DNA of 64,000 nt, taken from positions 2,193 through 66,192 of the IMG/VR virus record IMGVR_UViG_3300033147_000418; one strand, 5' to 3'. Within the stretch, counting starts at the first letter, position 1; each line of letters opens with the position of its first letter. A model generated the notes under the pieces. That model saw only the letters and a program-made list of their open reading frames with translations, was not told the origin of the DNA and made no database searches. Shown here in pieces: positions 48,841 to 57,388 of the stretch. A program made the position numbers and the translations under genes. The stretch comes from a virus (taxonomy: Duplodnaviria > Caudoviricetes).

Positions 48841-48857
48841 GGCATAAGCCTAGTGCA
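48841..48857 (+). promoter_or_regulatory. putative phage promoter GGYATAAG-N6-G
   Basis: GGCATAAGcctagtGCA, divergent from the RNAP gene. Confidence 0.5.
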
Positions 48858-48952
48858 GGAGGAGTTATAGGAACTCGTCGACGATCGCGAGTAGCGTTGG
48901 CGTCGGAACGATCGCATCCTTCGGTCTTCCGCTCATCGGTCACGGGCTTACC

Positions 48953-49147
48953 ATGTCCGAGGTTCCCTCGATCGCCCTGGGCGCGGGCAAGAGCGTCTTG
49001 CTCTTCGGGGGCAAGGCACTCCTCTTCCTGGGGGTTGGCGTCGGGATCCTGTACCTCGGACGCTGGGTGCTCAGCGGCATCCTGGACTGGGCCGATAGGG
49101 TCGAGGCGCGCGTGGAGCGTATCCGCCCCCGGGCGGAAGTAGTGTAG
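48953..49147 (+). CDS. small membrane protein
   Basis: ALLFLGVGVGILYLG transmembrane-like segment. Confidence 0.55.
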   Translation: MSEVPSIALGAGKSVLLFGGKALLFLGVGVGILYLGRWVLSGILDWADRVEARVERIRPRAEVV

Positions 49148-49148
49148 C

Positions 49149-49610
49149 GTGATTACCGCCGCGCACCTCTGGTACAGGTACGGAATTGGACCCCAGAAGA
49201 ACGACAAGAAGCCGTCGTTCTTCGGGTTCGCTCGCGTTGCTGGTGTTGCCGCGGTAGTCGTTCCCGCCCATGGATACGTGATTGGCAGTCGAGGCGCTGT
49301 GTCGCTCGGTCTCCAATCGATCAGGGGCCCCCTATGGAAGATCGTGAACAAGTTCTTCGGCGCGGTGGCGTGGATGTTTGCCATCTCGGCCGGGCTTTGG
49401 CTTGTGCAACACTTCACCGAACGGTGGACTGGTGCCGGGTATCCGATGATCTTCCCAAGCGTCGCCACGATCGCCGGTCAGCAAGCAGGGAACACGCAAC
49501 CAGGTAACAGAAGGGACGGTATCCCGAACGGTCTCGGAGCCGGCTCTGCACATAGGAGGACGCAAAGTAACGACTCGGACCTGTCGGACATCTTCTTCTC
49601 CGGTCGCTAG
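49149..49610 (+). CDS. putative membrane protein
   Basis: Two hydrophobic segments; convergent with 49607. Confidence 0.55.
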   Translation: MITAAHLWYRYGIGPQKNDKKPSFFGFARVAGVAAVVVPAHGYVIGSRGAVSLGLQSIRGPLWKIVNKFFGAVAWMFAISAGLWLVQHFTERWTGAGYPMIFPSVATIAGQQAGNTQPGNRRDGIPNGLGAGSAHRRTQSNDSDLSDIFFSGR

Positions 49611-50065
49611 TCAAGTAGGGGACGAACAAGGAACCCGGCGAGTACAGCAGTAGACACTGCAGCAAGGGACCAAGCCACGGGAGATCCCCACCGTGGCTTG
49701 ACCCTTTCGTCTTGGTACTTCTTGTCTAGGTCGATCAGGTCCTTGGTGAGCTTGTCAGTCTGCGCGACCAGGGCCTTTTGGCTTGAGGCGTACACCTCGA
49801 GCTGCCCACTCACCAAATCGACCTGGAGCGCCAGGATTGCTGAGCGAGCGAGTTCTTTTTTTAGCTTCGACTTGGTGACCACGAACTCGGCGTCGACAAC
49901 GAGAACACCCTTCCATTCGTCGAGCGTGTAGCCGCAGATCTCCCCGGAACCAACGGTCTTGTAGACCGTGCACTTCGGGATGATCTTCGCTTCGTACTTG
50001 GGCTCAGCGAACGCCGGCGTCGCGCCAAGAACCAATGCTATCGATAGCGCGCAGATCAGCTTCAT
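49607..50065 (-). CDS. exported coiled-coil protein with a C-terminal anchor (spanin-like)
   Basis: Signal peptide MKLICALSIALVLGATPAFA, coiled coil, C-terminal TM; overlaps the upstream gene. Confidence 0.5.
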   Translation of the reverse strand: MKLICALSIALVLGATPAFAEPKYEAKIIPKCTVYKTVGSGEICGYTLDEWKGVLVVDAEFVVTKSKLKKELARSAILALQVDLVSGQLEVYASSQKALVAQTDKLTKDLIDLDKKYQDERVKPRWGSPVAWSLAAVSTAVLAGFLVRPLLD

Positions 50066-50447
50066 AGCGACCCTCCTCGGCACGTTCGTCAGCAGCGATG
50101 ACCCGAAGCGCTTCGCGGGCGGCCGCGAAGGCGCGGTCCGCAGCTGCGATTTTCTCGTCACCGTCGGCGAGCATTTGAATGGTCTTAGCATTGGCCGCGA
50201 GAATCCTGGCCTTGTTCTTTTCGTGGCGAAGCCTGGCGAGCTCTCGGACGTGGCGTCTGTTGAACCATGACCAAGCAGCAAAGCCGGCAAGCACCACCGC
50301 GATGATCACGATGGTGCTCAGCCAGGACTTGCCGACGCCGCCGGGGGACGTGTTGTTGGAAACGATACCCTTGAGCTTGCTCAGCAGGTCGCTGGGATCA
50401 AACGACGGTTTCTTGACGCCGTTTGGGTCTTTGTCCCCATCTGGCAT
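50004..50447 (-). CDS. membrane-anchored coiled-coil protein (i-spanin-like)
   Basis: TM IVIIAVVLAGFAAW followed by a coiled coil. Confidence 0.5.
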   Translation of the reverse strand: MPDGDKDPNGVKKPSFDPSDLLSKLKGIVSNNTSPGGVGKSWLSTIVIIAVVLAGFAAWSWFNRRHVRELARLRHEKNKARILAANAKTIQMLADGDEKIAAADRAFAAAREALRVIAADERAEEGRYEADLRAIDSIGSWRDAGVR

Positions 50448-50450
50448 TGG

Positions 50451-50969
50451 CTAGATGGGGGTGACCGGCCTGCCAGTCTGATCGCGAGAACCTTCGTCCA
50501 TGCGGAGCTCGAACAAGTGGGCCTCGATGAGCCCCTCGAGCTTCTCGCGCGCGAGCTCAGGGAGCTTCTGCGCCTTCGCCATCTCGATAGCCCAGTTCGC
50601 GGAGACCTCCATGACCTCGTTGCCAGGGATCTTCTTGCCCTCGGCCAAAGCCTTCGTCTTCTTGCGAGCCCATTCGCCGCCGCGCAAAGCCGCCTTGCGG
50701 GCGAGGTTCGACCAAGCAGTAGCGGTCTTCTCGCCGACGTCGACGCCGAACTTCTTCTGCACCTTGTGCAGGAGCCAGGTCGCCAAGCCGCCAATGAACG
50801 CGACGAAGACGGGGACCAAGATGTTCATGATCTCGGCCGACAGGTTGTCGAGCGAGGTCTTTGCCGCCTGCGCGAACGCGATGCTCGGAATGAAGAAAAT
50901 GACCAGTGCGATTGCGCTAGCTACCAGAAGATACGCTCTGCAGATCGCGCTGTTTTTGCTCGTCCTCAT
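50451..50969 (-). CDS. holin-like membrane protein
   Basis: Two hydrophobic segments followed by a basic helical domain. Confidence 0.45.
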   Translation of the reverse strand: MRTSKNSAICRAYLLVASAIALVIFFIPSIAFAQAAKTSLDNLSAEIMNILVPVFVAFIGGLATWLLHKVQKKFGVDVGEKTATAWSNLARKAALRGGEWARKKTKALAEGKKIPGNEVMEVSANWAIEMAKAQKLPELAREKLEGLIEAHLFELRMDEGSRDQTGRPVTPI

Positions 50970-51261
50970 CGGATTCTCCTTTGGTGCGTTTGGGGGGTTT
51001 CTCCCAGTAATGTACCACCAGGTACACGTCTTCCTGGGTGGTCACGATCCCTTCGGGGCCACCCTCTCTAATCACCGTCTTGCGGGTGTACTCGCGGATT
51101 TGCTCGATATTGATTCCGCTCGAAGCGTTGTTCGCGTTGGTGCGAAGGTCGCCGTAGGTGACCATGTCCTCTGGTTCGAACATGTTGAACGACTTGCACC
51201 TGAATTCGCCCATGCTCTTGGCCGAATCTGCGAACTTGACCTCGGTTGCTTTGGCGGCCAT
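50917..51261 (-). CDS. hypothetical protein
   Basis: Coupled to the portal stop; 114 aa. Confidence 0.6.
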   Translation of the reverse strand: MAAKATEVKFADSAKSMGEFRCKSFNMFEPEDMVTYGDLRTNANNASSGINIEQIREYTRKTVIREGGPEGIVTTQEDVYLVVHYWEKPPKRTKGESDEDEQKQRDLQSVSSGS

Positions 51262-53321
51262 CAGACGCTCCCGTCCTTGCGCCGCGGCGGCGCCTTCTGA
51301 GGCAAAGGCTTCATCCGGTCGGAGACGGCCGCTGCGGTTTCGCCAGGCCGCATCTGACCGAGCAGTTGTTCCACGATCCGAGCCATGTTCGGCATGCGGC
51401 GTCTCAGGTCATCCAGGACAGCGACGCGCTGAGCTGACTCCATCTTGGAGATTTTGTTCGCCCACTGCTTGGCGATACGAGCGGCATCCATCTCGACGAC
51501 TTGCCCGCCCCCAGACTGCTCACCGGCCTGTCCTGCCACCTGCGCCGGCATCTCAGCTGCTTGGCCTTGAGCTGCCTGGGTGGCCATCTGGCTGTCGTCG
51601 GCTACAGCGCCGCCCGAGGGCGGCGGCGCCGCTCCTGGCTGCTGTGGGGCTGCCTGCCCCGGCGGCTGTTGACCAGCCTGGCCCGGCGCACCCTCCTGGG
51701 GCGGCGGCGCTCCTGGCTGCTGTGGAGCGCCACCTTCGCCGGACACCTGCCCCTGGGCCTGCTCGGCCTGTGCCGGCTGGCCGCCAGAGATCGCACCCTG
51801 CGCCTCATTGAACGCCTCTTGCGCGCGCGCCTGGTACTTGGCCTGAACAATCTGCGATTCGCCCTGAGCCTCGGCCTGAGCCTTCATTGTGATGGCCTGG
51901 ATCCGGTTGCGCGACTCGGCTTCCTTCTCGATCATCTCCTGCTCGTCGTCGTAGTCGAAACCGAGCTCGGTGAGCATTGTGTGATCGGAAATCTTGTTGG
52001 CGGCGTTCAGCTGGATGACGATCTGCTTGCGCTGGATGTCGTCCGCCATCTTGAACTCGGTGAAGCCGATGTCGACATCGGGCATCCCGAGATAGAGGCG
52101 CAGGCGATTCTTCGCCCAGTTGACGAAGCGAAGCAGAAGTCGCCGGTACATGAGGAAGTGGTTCTCGAGGGTGCGAAGAGACACGCTCGAGCCAGACCAG
52201 GAGAGCCCGCCGAAGACGAACTCGATGGGCACGCCCATCCCGCCCGTGATCTCCTTGTTCGTGACCTCGATCTCGGGCCCGAGCAGAAGCGCGCGACCGT
52301 CGCCGCCGAGGCGCTCGAAACCGAGCGGAACCGAGACCACGGAGATGTAGTTCGGGTCGACCCGCCACTTGCGGATCTCGGTCTGCACCGTGCCTTGCCA
52401 GCTCGAGAGGTTGACGTGCTGGTAGGGGTCCTGCTGGCCGTTGGCCTGCGGGAAGATGAACTCGAGCGGCATGATCCGCTGCAGCGCGATCGCTTCCTGC
52501 GCGCGCCGGAGCACGTACAGGTAGAACATCCGCCCCATCGAGTGAATGATGAGCGGCTTGCCCCAACCCATGTCTTGCTCGGCGAGTGTGGGGCGCTTGA
52601 AGTGGAAGAGGTTCTGATCGCTGAGCGCGATAGACCGCTTCTTCCGGAGCGCCTCAAAGAAGATCGCCGGGATGTCTACGATGATCTCCCGGGTGCCGTC
52701 CTGGATAGCCTTGCGGATCTTGTTGGGGATCTTGTAGCGGTACTTGGACCGCCCCGTGATCGGGTTGTAGTGGATGTCGATGTTCTTCGGATCCCATCGA
52801 ACGAAGTTGATGCCTGTCCGGTCGCGCACAGGCACATCCACGATTTCGCCGATCACGTTACTGCCGCAGCCTGGGCACGCGATGCTGAACTGGAAATTCT
52901 TGAACGAGAACTTGAACTCGGGGTCTGCCAGCTTGTGCATGGACTTGCAGACAGGGCAGCGAATCCATCGAATGAACGGCAGGTTCAGCGAGATGAACGC
53001 GTTGCCGTAGCAGAAATAGTCGAGCCCGATCTCGATCAGGAACGGCTTGAAGTTGAGGGTGTCCTCGAGCAGCTCGCGCCATGCCTCGCGGACGTGCTTC
53101 TCTTGGGCGTTGTAGACGAAATCCGTGACCGGGTACTCGGCGACCTTGGTCACCACGGCCCCGATCATCGGGTCCTTGTAGAAGAAGTACTGGCACCACC
53201 GGAAGAGCTCCTTCACGGTGGGCGGCATGTAGGTTTGCGCGATGTCGAAGAACGGTGACGGATACACCGTCCCGCGACGTCGGTCGACCTGCGACAGCCC
53301 TATCGATTGGTCATCAGCCAT
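51261..53321 (-). CDS. portal protein
   Basis: DYFCYGNAFI, RWDPKNI, GWGKPLI, ITGGMGVPIEFVFGG; Zn-ribbon insert; Q/P/A-rich tail. Confidence 0.85.
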   Translation of the reverse strand: MADDQSIGLSQVDRRRGTVYPSPFFDIAQTYMPPTVKELFRWCQYFFYKDPMIGAVVTKVAEYPVTDFVYNAQEKHVREAWRELLEDTLNFKPFLIEIGLDYFCYGNAFISLNLPFIRWIRCPVCKSMHKLADPEFKFSFKNFQFSIACPGCGSNVIGEIVDVPVRDRTGINFVRWDPKNIDIHYNPITGRSKYRYKIPNKIRKAIQDGTREIIVDIPAIFFEALRKKRSIALSDQNLFHFKRPTLAEQDMGWGKPLIIHSMGRMFYLYVLRRAQEAIALQRIMPLEFIFPQANGQQDPYQHVNLSSWQGTVQTEIRKWRVDPNYISVVSVPLGFERLGGDGRALLLGPEIEVTNKEITGGMGVPIEFVFGGLSWSGSSVSLRTLENHFLMYRRLLLRFVNWAKNRLRLYLGMPDVDIGFTEFKMADDIQRKQIVIQLNAANKISDHTMLTELGFDYDDEQEMIEKEAESRNRIQAITMKAQAEAQGESQIVQAKYQARAQEAFNEAQGAISGGQPAQAEQAQGQVSGEGGAPQQPGAPPPQEGAPGQAGQQPPGQAAPQQPGAAPPPSGGAVADDSQMATQAAQGQAAEMPAQVAGQAGEQSGGGQVVEMDAARIAKQWANKISKMESAQRVAVLDDLRRRMPNMARIVEQLLGQMRPGETAAAVSDRMKPLPQKAPPRRKDGSV

Positions 53322-53335
53322 GGTTCAAGGTCGCG

Positions 53336-54544
53336 CTAGTCGCCGAAGGCGACTTTGCCACCGATGTATGCGGTGAGACCAGCCTGAACCTTCTCGCCGG
53401 TGGTGAGCGAGTTCACGCCCTGGCTCATGATCTTGTCGACGATCCCCTTTGGCGCGCCAGCGTTCTGCGCTGTTTCCGCTGCGGCGGTCGGGCTGGGGGC
53501 CGGCTTGGGAGCGGCCTGCGGAGCAGGCCCATCCGTTCCAGTACCCTTCCTAATCGGTACGACGTTGTCCGGCTGCTTCGTGGCCTTTGCTGCGTCGTCC
53601 ACGGCGCGCGTGCGCCCCGATTCGGACTTGATCGCCTTGGCCTCGGTGGTCGCGGCCACGGTGGCCGCCGGCGTTTTGGGTGGGGCGGTTGTTGCCGGCG
53701 CCGCCGGCGGCTTCGGTGTCGCGCGCCTGTTCGCTTTACTCAGCAGCTTTTTCTGCTTGCCAGAAAGGTTTGCACCAGCGCGCTCCATCTTCTTCAGACC
53801 AGCGACCTGCGCAGCGTGGCCGCTTTGATGGGTCTTGATCAAGCTTTGCTTGTAAGCCCTCCCAAGTGCCCCTTTCGCCTTGACCTTGCCGAGAGCTCTC
53901 CCGGCCATCCTGGCCTTGCTAGCCCCCATCGTCGCCTTGATGTGGCCCATCCCCCCGGAAATCCCTCTCCTGGTTTGGCTGAGGCCACTCTTCGCACCTC
54001 TCGCCAAGGCTTTGGCGCCCGCCCCAACGGCCGCTCCGGCCGCCCGCGTATGCATGAGCCCCTTGCTAAGCAATCCGATGATCGCCTGCTTTTCGAGTTC
54101 CGCATCGGCGGCGAGCTCGAACCCGATTTTTGAAAACTCGGCCTCGAGCCAAGGCTTCAGGTCGTCGGGGCACTCAGCGCCCAGTTGGGCCAGCGAAGCT
54201 TCGATGTCGGTGGAGATTGCCTCGGCGGCGACCTTGTCGAACAGCTCCCCGAACTCATCCGGGCTGAGGTCGCAATTCGTGAGCAGCACGTCGATGTACG
54301 CGTTCGCCCTCTTGCACATTCCGAAACTGGTTCCGCAAGCCCCTGCGATCTTCAGGATGACTATGTCACGATCGAGTCTCGCCGCGACTTTCTCGAAGCT
54401 GGTCTTCGGCGCGGCAGCGGTCTTCTCGATAGGCGCAGGGTCCGCGGCGGTCACTCCGTGGATACGCTCAGCAGCTTCGCAGGCAGCCTTCGTGAAGAAG
54501 TCGCCCGCCGGCTCATCGAGTAGGTATGAGAAATGGTCACTCAT
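53336..54544 (-). CDS. putative internal virion protein (K-x-A family)
   Basis: Start MSDHFSYLL after GGAGG; acidic N-part with KAA, KTA, KVA, KIA, KVA, KQA; basic Ala/Gly-rich C-part. Confidence 0.7.
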   Translation of the reverse strand: MSDHFSYLLDEPAGDFFTKAACEAAERIHGVTAADPAPIEKTAAAPKTSFEKVAARLDRDIVILKIAGACGTSFGMCKRANAYIDVLLTNCDLSPDEFGELFDKVAAEAISTDIEASLAQLGAECPDDLKPWLEAEFSKIGFELAADAELEKQAIIGLLSKGLMHTRAAGAAVGAGAKALARGAKSGLSQTRRGISGGMGHIKATMGASKARMAGRALGKVKAKGALGRAYKQSLIKTHQSGHAAQVAGLKKMERAGANLSGKQKKLLSKANRRATPKPPAAPATTAPPKTPAATVAATTEAKAIKSESGRTRAVDDAAKATKQPDNVVPIRKGTGTDGPAPQAAPKPAPSPTAAAETAQNAGAPKGIVDKIMSQGVNSLTTGEKVQAGLTAYIGGKVAFGD

Positions 54545-54546
54545 GC

Positions 54547-54735
54547 TCAGCCTCCGTTGGCCCACCAGGGCCCGCGACCGCTACCGGCGGCCGGATCGTA
54601 ACCGGACTTGGCGACATCGTCGCGCGCACTTCTCACGCTATTGGCAAGCCGGTCCAAGTACTCTTTCCGAAAATCGGACAACAACCGTGCAATCTCTCGC
54701 GCTGCCAGGGTTTTCTCCTGCTCAGTCTCACTCAT
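54547..54735 (-). CDS. small hypothetical protein
   Basis: MSETEQEK..., ATGA-coupled to the upstream gene; fills the gap. Confidence 0.55.
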   Translation of the reverse strand: MSETEQEKTLAAREIARLLSDFRKEYLDRLANSVRSARDDVAKSGYDPAAGSGRGPWWANGG

Positions 54736-55706
54736 GATGGCACAGCCGCGCTTGTGGTTGTAGACCCTACGTCGATGCCCAAGGGCGCGCCGCGGAGCGC
54801 CTCTTGCCGGTTGAGGTAGTCCTGGACAGCGAACAGCTTCACGATGTGCACGTCGACCGGGTTGTCCTTGCGCCACTCGATCTCGACCGGGTCGTGCTCG
54901 CGTACCTGCAGCCACGTCGCCTCAACATCGCTGCGTAGCCCTACGGTCCAATCCTTCCGGTCCAGTAGCGCTTGGGCGCCCGCGAAGTACTCCTCCGGCG
55001 CATAGACGAACCCGTACTCCTCGAGTATGGCTGCGATGTACGCGTTGATCTCGTTCTCGAACGCCTCGCTCTCCCGTACCCCGCGGAGGATCTGCACGGT
55101 GAAGGCTGCCTGCGACGGCGTCATCGGCTGATAGGCCCCGAATATTGGGGCGACCCCGTTCCAGGCAAGCCCGGCATTCTCGAACACGTCCCAGTCGAGC
55201 CAGAGAGTATCCGTCAGGGCTGCGACGCGGAGAGCCCCGATCTTGTCGCGCGCGAGCTTGCCGACGGGACCAAAGTCCCTCCGCAGCGCCCACCACAGCG
55301 TGGGCGGCTCCCAGGACGCCCACTGCTCCTTGTAGCGAAGGTTGAGGGTGTCGAAAATCTCCAGCGGGTGCGATCGCTTGTCAGAAAAGAGCACCCCATG
55401 CGTCAGCCTCGAGGGGAGCTCTGGCTCTGGCGTCGGCTCCTCCCCGGGCGCGAGCTCGGGCTCGGCATCTGCAGTTGGGACCTCCGTGGCCTCCTCGGGC
55501 CCGGCAGCCTCGGGGGCTGTCTCTGGCTCGCTGGCGCCATCGGCGGCCTGGGCCTCGAGCTGCTTCAGGACCGTCGGCGACACGCTCTCGACGCCGAGAG
55601 CGCTGGCGGTGTCCGGATCGAGCTCAGCAACCTTCTCTACCGGGGCATCCGAGATGATGGCCCCGAAGAAGGCTTGTTCGACCTCGTCGGGTGTATGTCG
55701 CCCCAC
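54732..55706 (-). CDS. hypothetical head-region protein
   Basis: GTG 2 nt after the upstream stop; EKVA, an acidic Pro-rich linker, and a Trp-rich globular domain. Confidence 0.6.
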   Translation of the reverse strand: MGRHTPDEVEQAFFGAIISDAPVEKVAELDPDTASALGVESVSPTVLKQLEAQAADGASEPETAPEAAGPEEATEVPTADAEPELAPGEEPTPEPELPSRLTHGVLFSDKRSHPLEIFDTLNLRYKEQWASWEPPTLWWALRRDFGPVGKLARDKIGALRVAALTDTLWLDWDVFENAGLAWNGVAPIFGAYQPMTPSQAAFTVQILRGVRESEAFENEINAYIAAILEEYGFVYAPEEYFAGAQALLDRKDWTVGLRSDVEATWLQVREHDPVEIEWRKDNPVDVHIVKLFAVQDYLNRQEALRGAPLGIDVGSTTTSAAVPS

Positions 55707-55708
55707 CG

Positions 55709-56851
55709 CTAGGCCTCGCCGGAGATGACCTGCTTGATGAGGACCTTCTCGGGCGTCGGCAGCGATTCGAATACTTCGGATGGATGCTCGGAGAACTGGC
55801 GAGCGAACGACTCGCCGAGGTAGCCGGCGATCTTCTTGATGGTTGCCGGTTTGCGAAGGTCTTCGTCGGTGATCGTCCGTCCGTCGATGTCGGCAGACCA
55901 GCCGTCGGCTTTCTTGCTCATCGAGCTCGCAAACGGGTCCGTCAGCCCACGGTCGTAGTACCGCGTGAGACCGGTGGCCTGGTCGAAGGTCTGGAGCGCA
56001 GACGCCATGTCCTCCGGGTCCGTCTCTTCGAGCGCTGCAGCCAGCTTGTTGAGCACGGCGCAGGCGCCCTCGTTGCGTGGAAGGAGCGACTTGCGCTGCT
56101 CGATGTGGGCGACCACGTGACGGTTCCAGGTACTCGATGCCCACTTGCTGAGCAGCATGTTGTCGGAGACGTCGACGCCGAGCTCGGTTGCCCGGTTTGT
56201 CACCGAGGTTGCAAAGCGATGGCGGTGCTCCGGCGCAAGGTCCATCGCGTACTTGTCGAAGTAGTTCGCTGCCAGCTTGACATGCCCCGCGTCGGGCATC
56301 GCGTACTTGCGGATGACGGTTCCATCGCCGTCACGAGCCACGAGAGCAAAGTGCTCGTTCGGCATGTCGATGAGTGCGTTGATTTCGACAGCGTCGGCTT
56401 GCTTCGTCATGAGCTCGCGCTTGGCCAGCTTTTGCAGCATCCATCGCTGCTCGGAGCCTTCGGTGAAGGTGTTGTGCTGGACGTCGTCAGATGCACGTGC
56501 GGCATAGCCATCGACAAGCGGCGACGTCGGCACACCGTACGCGTCGCACGCCGACTTGATGAACTTCGCTGCGACGAACCTGGCGGGGAATGCCAGTTTC
56601 TCGTGTGTCTGCTGGAAGTACTGCGCGCTTAGCCACGCATTGCCCGGGTCGCAAACAGGGAACTTTCGCAGAACAGAGGCGCGCTTGGTGAGCACAACCA
56701 AGCCAAAGTCTGTGTCTGGCATCTGCTCGATCTGCTCGGGTGTCAGCACGGTAACGTGCGTGTCCCCGAGGGAGTCGGGCATCGCGACTTTGCTCATGAG
56801 CTCGTGAGAGCTGTCGTCGTAAAAATCGAGAACCGCGGCCGAAATCGTCAT
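55709..56851 (-). CDS. putative head protein (K-x-A family)
   Basis: About 12 K-x-A motifs; internal duplication of a D..F.LV......RK(F/Y)...D......A.YF...L motif. Confidence 0.7.
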   Translation of the reverse strand: MTISAAVLDFYDDSSHELMSKVAMPDSLGDTHVTVLTPEQIEQMPDTDFGLVVLTKRASVLRKFPVCDPGNAWLSAQYFQQTHEKLAFPARFVAAKFIKSACDAYGVPTSPLVDGYAARASDDVQHNTFTEGSEQRWMLQKLAKRELMTKQADAVEINALIDMPNEHFALVARDGDGTVIRKYAMPDAGHVKLAANYFDKYAMDLAPEHRHRFATSVTNRATELGVDVSDNMLLSKWASSTWNRHVVAHIEQRKSLLPRNEGACAVLNKLAAALEETDPEDMASALQTFDQATGLTRYYDRGLTDPFASSMSKKADGWSADIDGRTITDEDLRKPATIKKIAGYLGESFARQFSEHPSEVFESLPTPEKVLIKQVISGEA

Positions 56852-56880
56852 ATGAGACTTCCCCCTGGGGCTACTTCAGG

Positions 56881-56909
56881 ACGGTATCACCTGCTCCAAA
56901 CAGGGTCAA
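56881..56909 (-). promoter_or_regulatory. sigma70-like promoter for the portal operon
   Basis: TTGACC-N17-TACCGT. Confidence 0.6.
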
Positions 56910-56931
56910 TATTGGCCAAACCACCCACCCT

Positions 56932-56953
56932 ATCCGGGCATAAGAAGGGTGAA
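56932..56953 (+). promoter_or_regulatory. putative phage promoter (22-bp exact repeat of 25145-25166)
   Basis: ATCCGGGCATAAGAAGGGTGAA. Confidence 0.65.
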
Positions 56954-57037
56954 GGGAAATACCTTCATCAACGCTGAGTGTGGCTGCCGTGCCCCTCGTT
57001 GTAAATCTAACGGCGCAAAAACAAGGAACCACACACT

Positions 57038-57340
57038 ATGCCCATCGCCAAGATCCAGGACGACACCAACGCCCCCGGCCTCTTCTCGCAGTTCAGCGAC
57101 TGGACCTCCCGCACCTCGCTCTCGCTCGTCCGCAACCACCCGCTCAAGACCCAGATCGCCTCCGCCGCCGCCGGCGCCGTCGTCGCCAAACATGGCGCCA
57201 GCGTCGTCCGCAAAGGCGCGAGCAAGATCTCCGGCCTGTTCGGTGGTGCGACGCGCAGCGCAGCGACGGTCGCGGCGGAGTCCACCGGTGAGACTGCCGC
57301 GAAGGGGCTCTTCGGCGGACTCGTGAAGTCCGTCCTCTAG
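57038..57340 (+). CDS. small Ala/Gly-rich amphipathic protein
   Basis: Stand-alone gene with its own promoter motif, SD-like AAGGA and terminator. Confidence 0.7.
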   Translation: MPIAKIQDDTNAPGLFSQFSDWTSRTSLSLVRNHPLKTQIASAAAGAVVAKHGASVVRKGASKISGLFGGATRSAATVAAESTGETAAKGLFGGLVKSVL

Positions 57341-57353
57341 CGTCCTTCGGGCG

Positions 57354-57388
57354 CCACCCCCCTCACGGGGGGTGGTTCCTTTTTTAGC
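57354..57388 (+). terminator. intrinsic terminator with TTTTTTAGC
   Basis: CCACCCCCC-TCAC-GGGGGGTGG stem, then TTCCTTTTTTAGC. Confidence 0.8.

Noticed and set aside
48833-49468. N-terminal ~210 aa of the 2301-aa RNAP ORF
   Set aside because: No RNAP similarity, and it overlaps two plausible + strand genes and a promoter motif; the true start is near 48820-48832.
25145-56953. 22-bp direct repeat as attL/attR of an integrated element
   Set aside because: The enclosed region holds core genes (terminase, portal) continuous with the flanks, and shorter versions of the motif recur before other + genes, which fits a promoter better.
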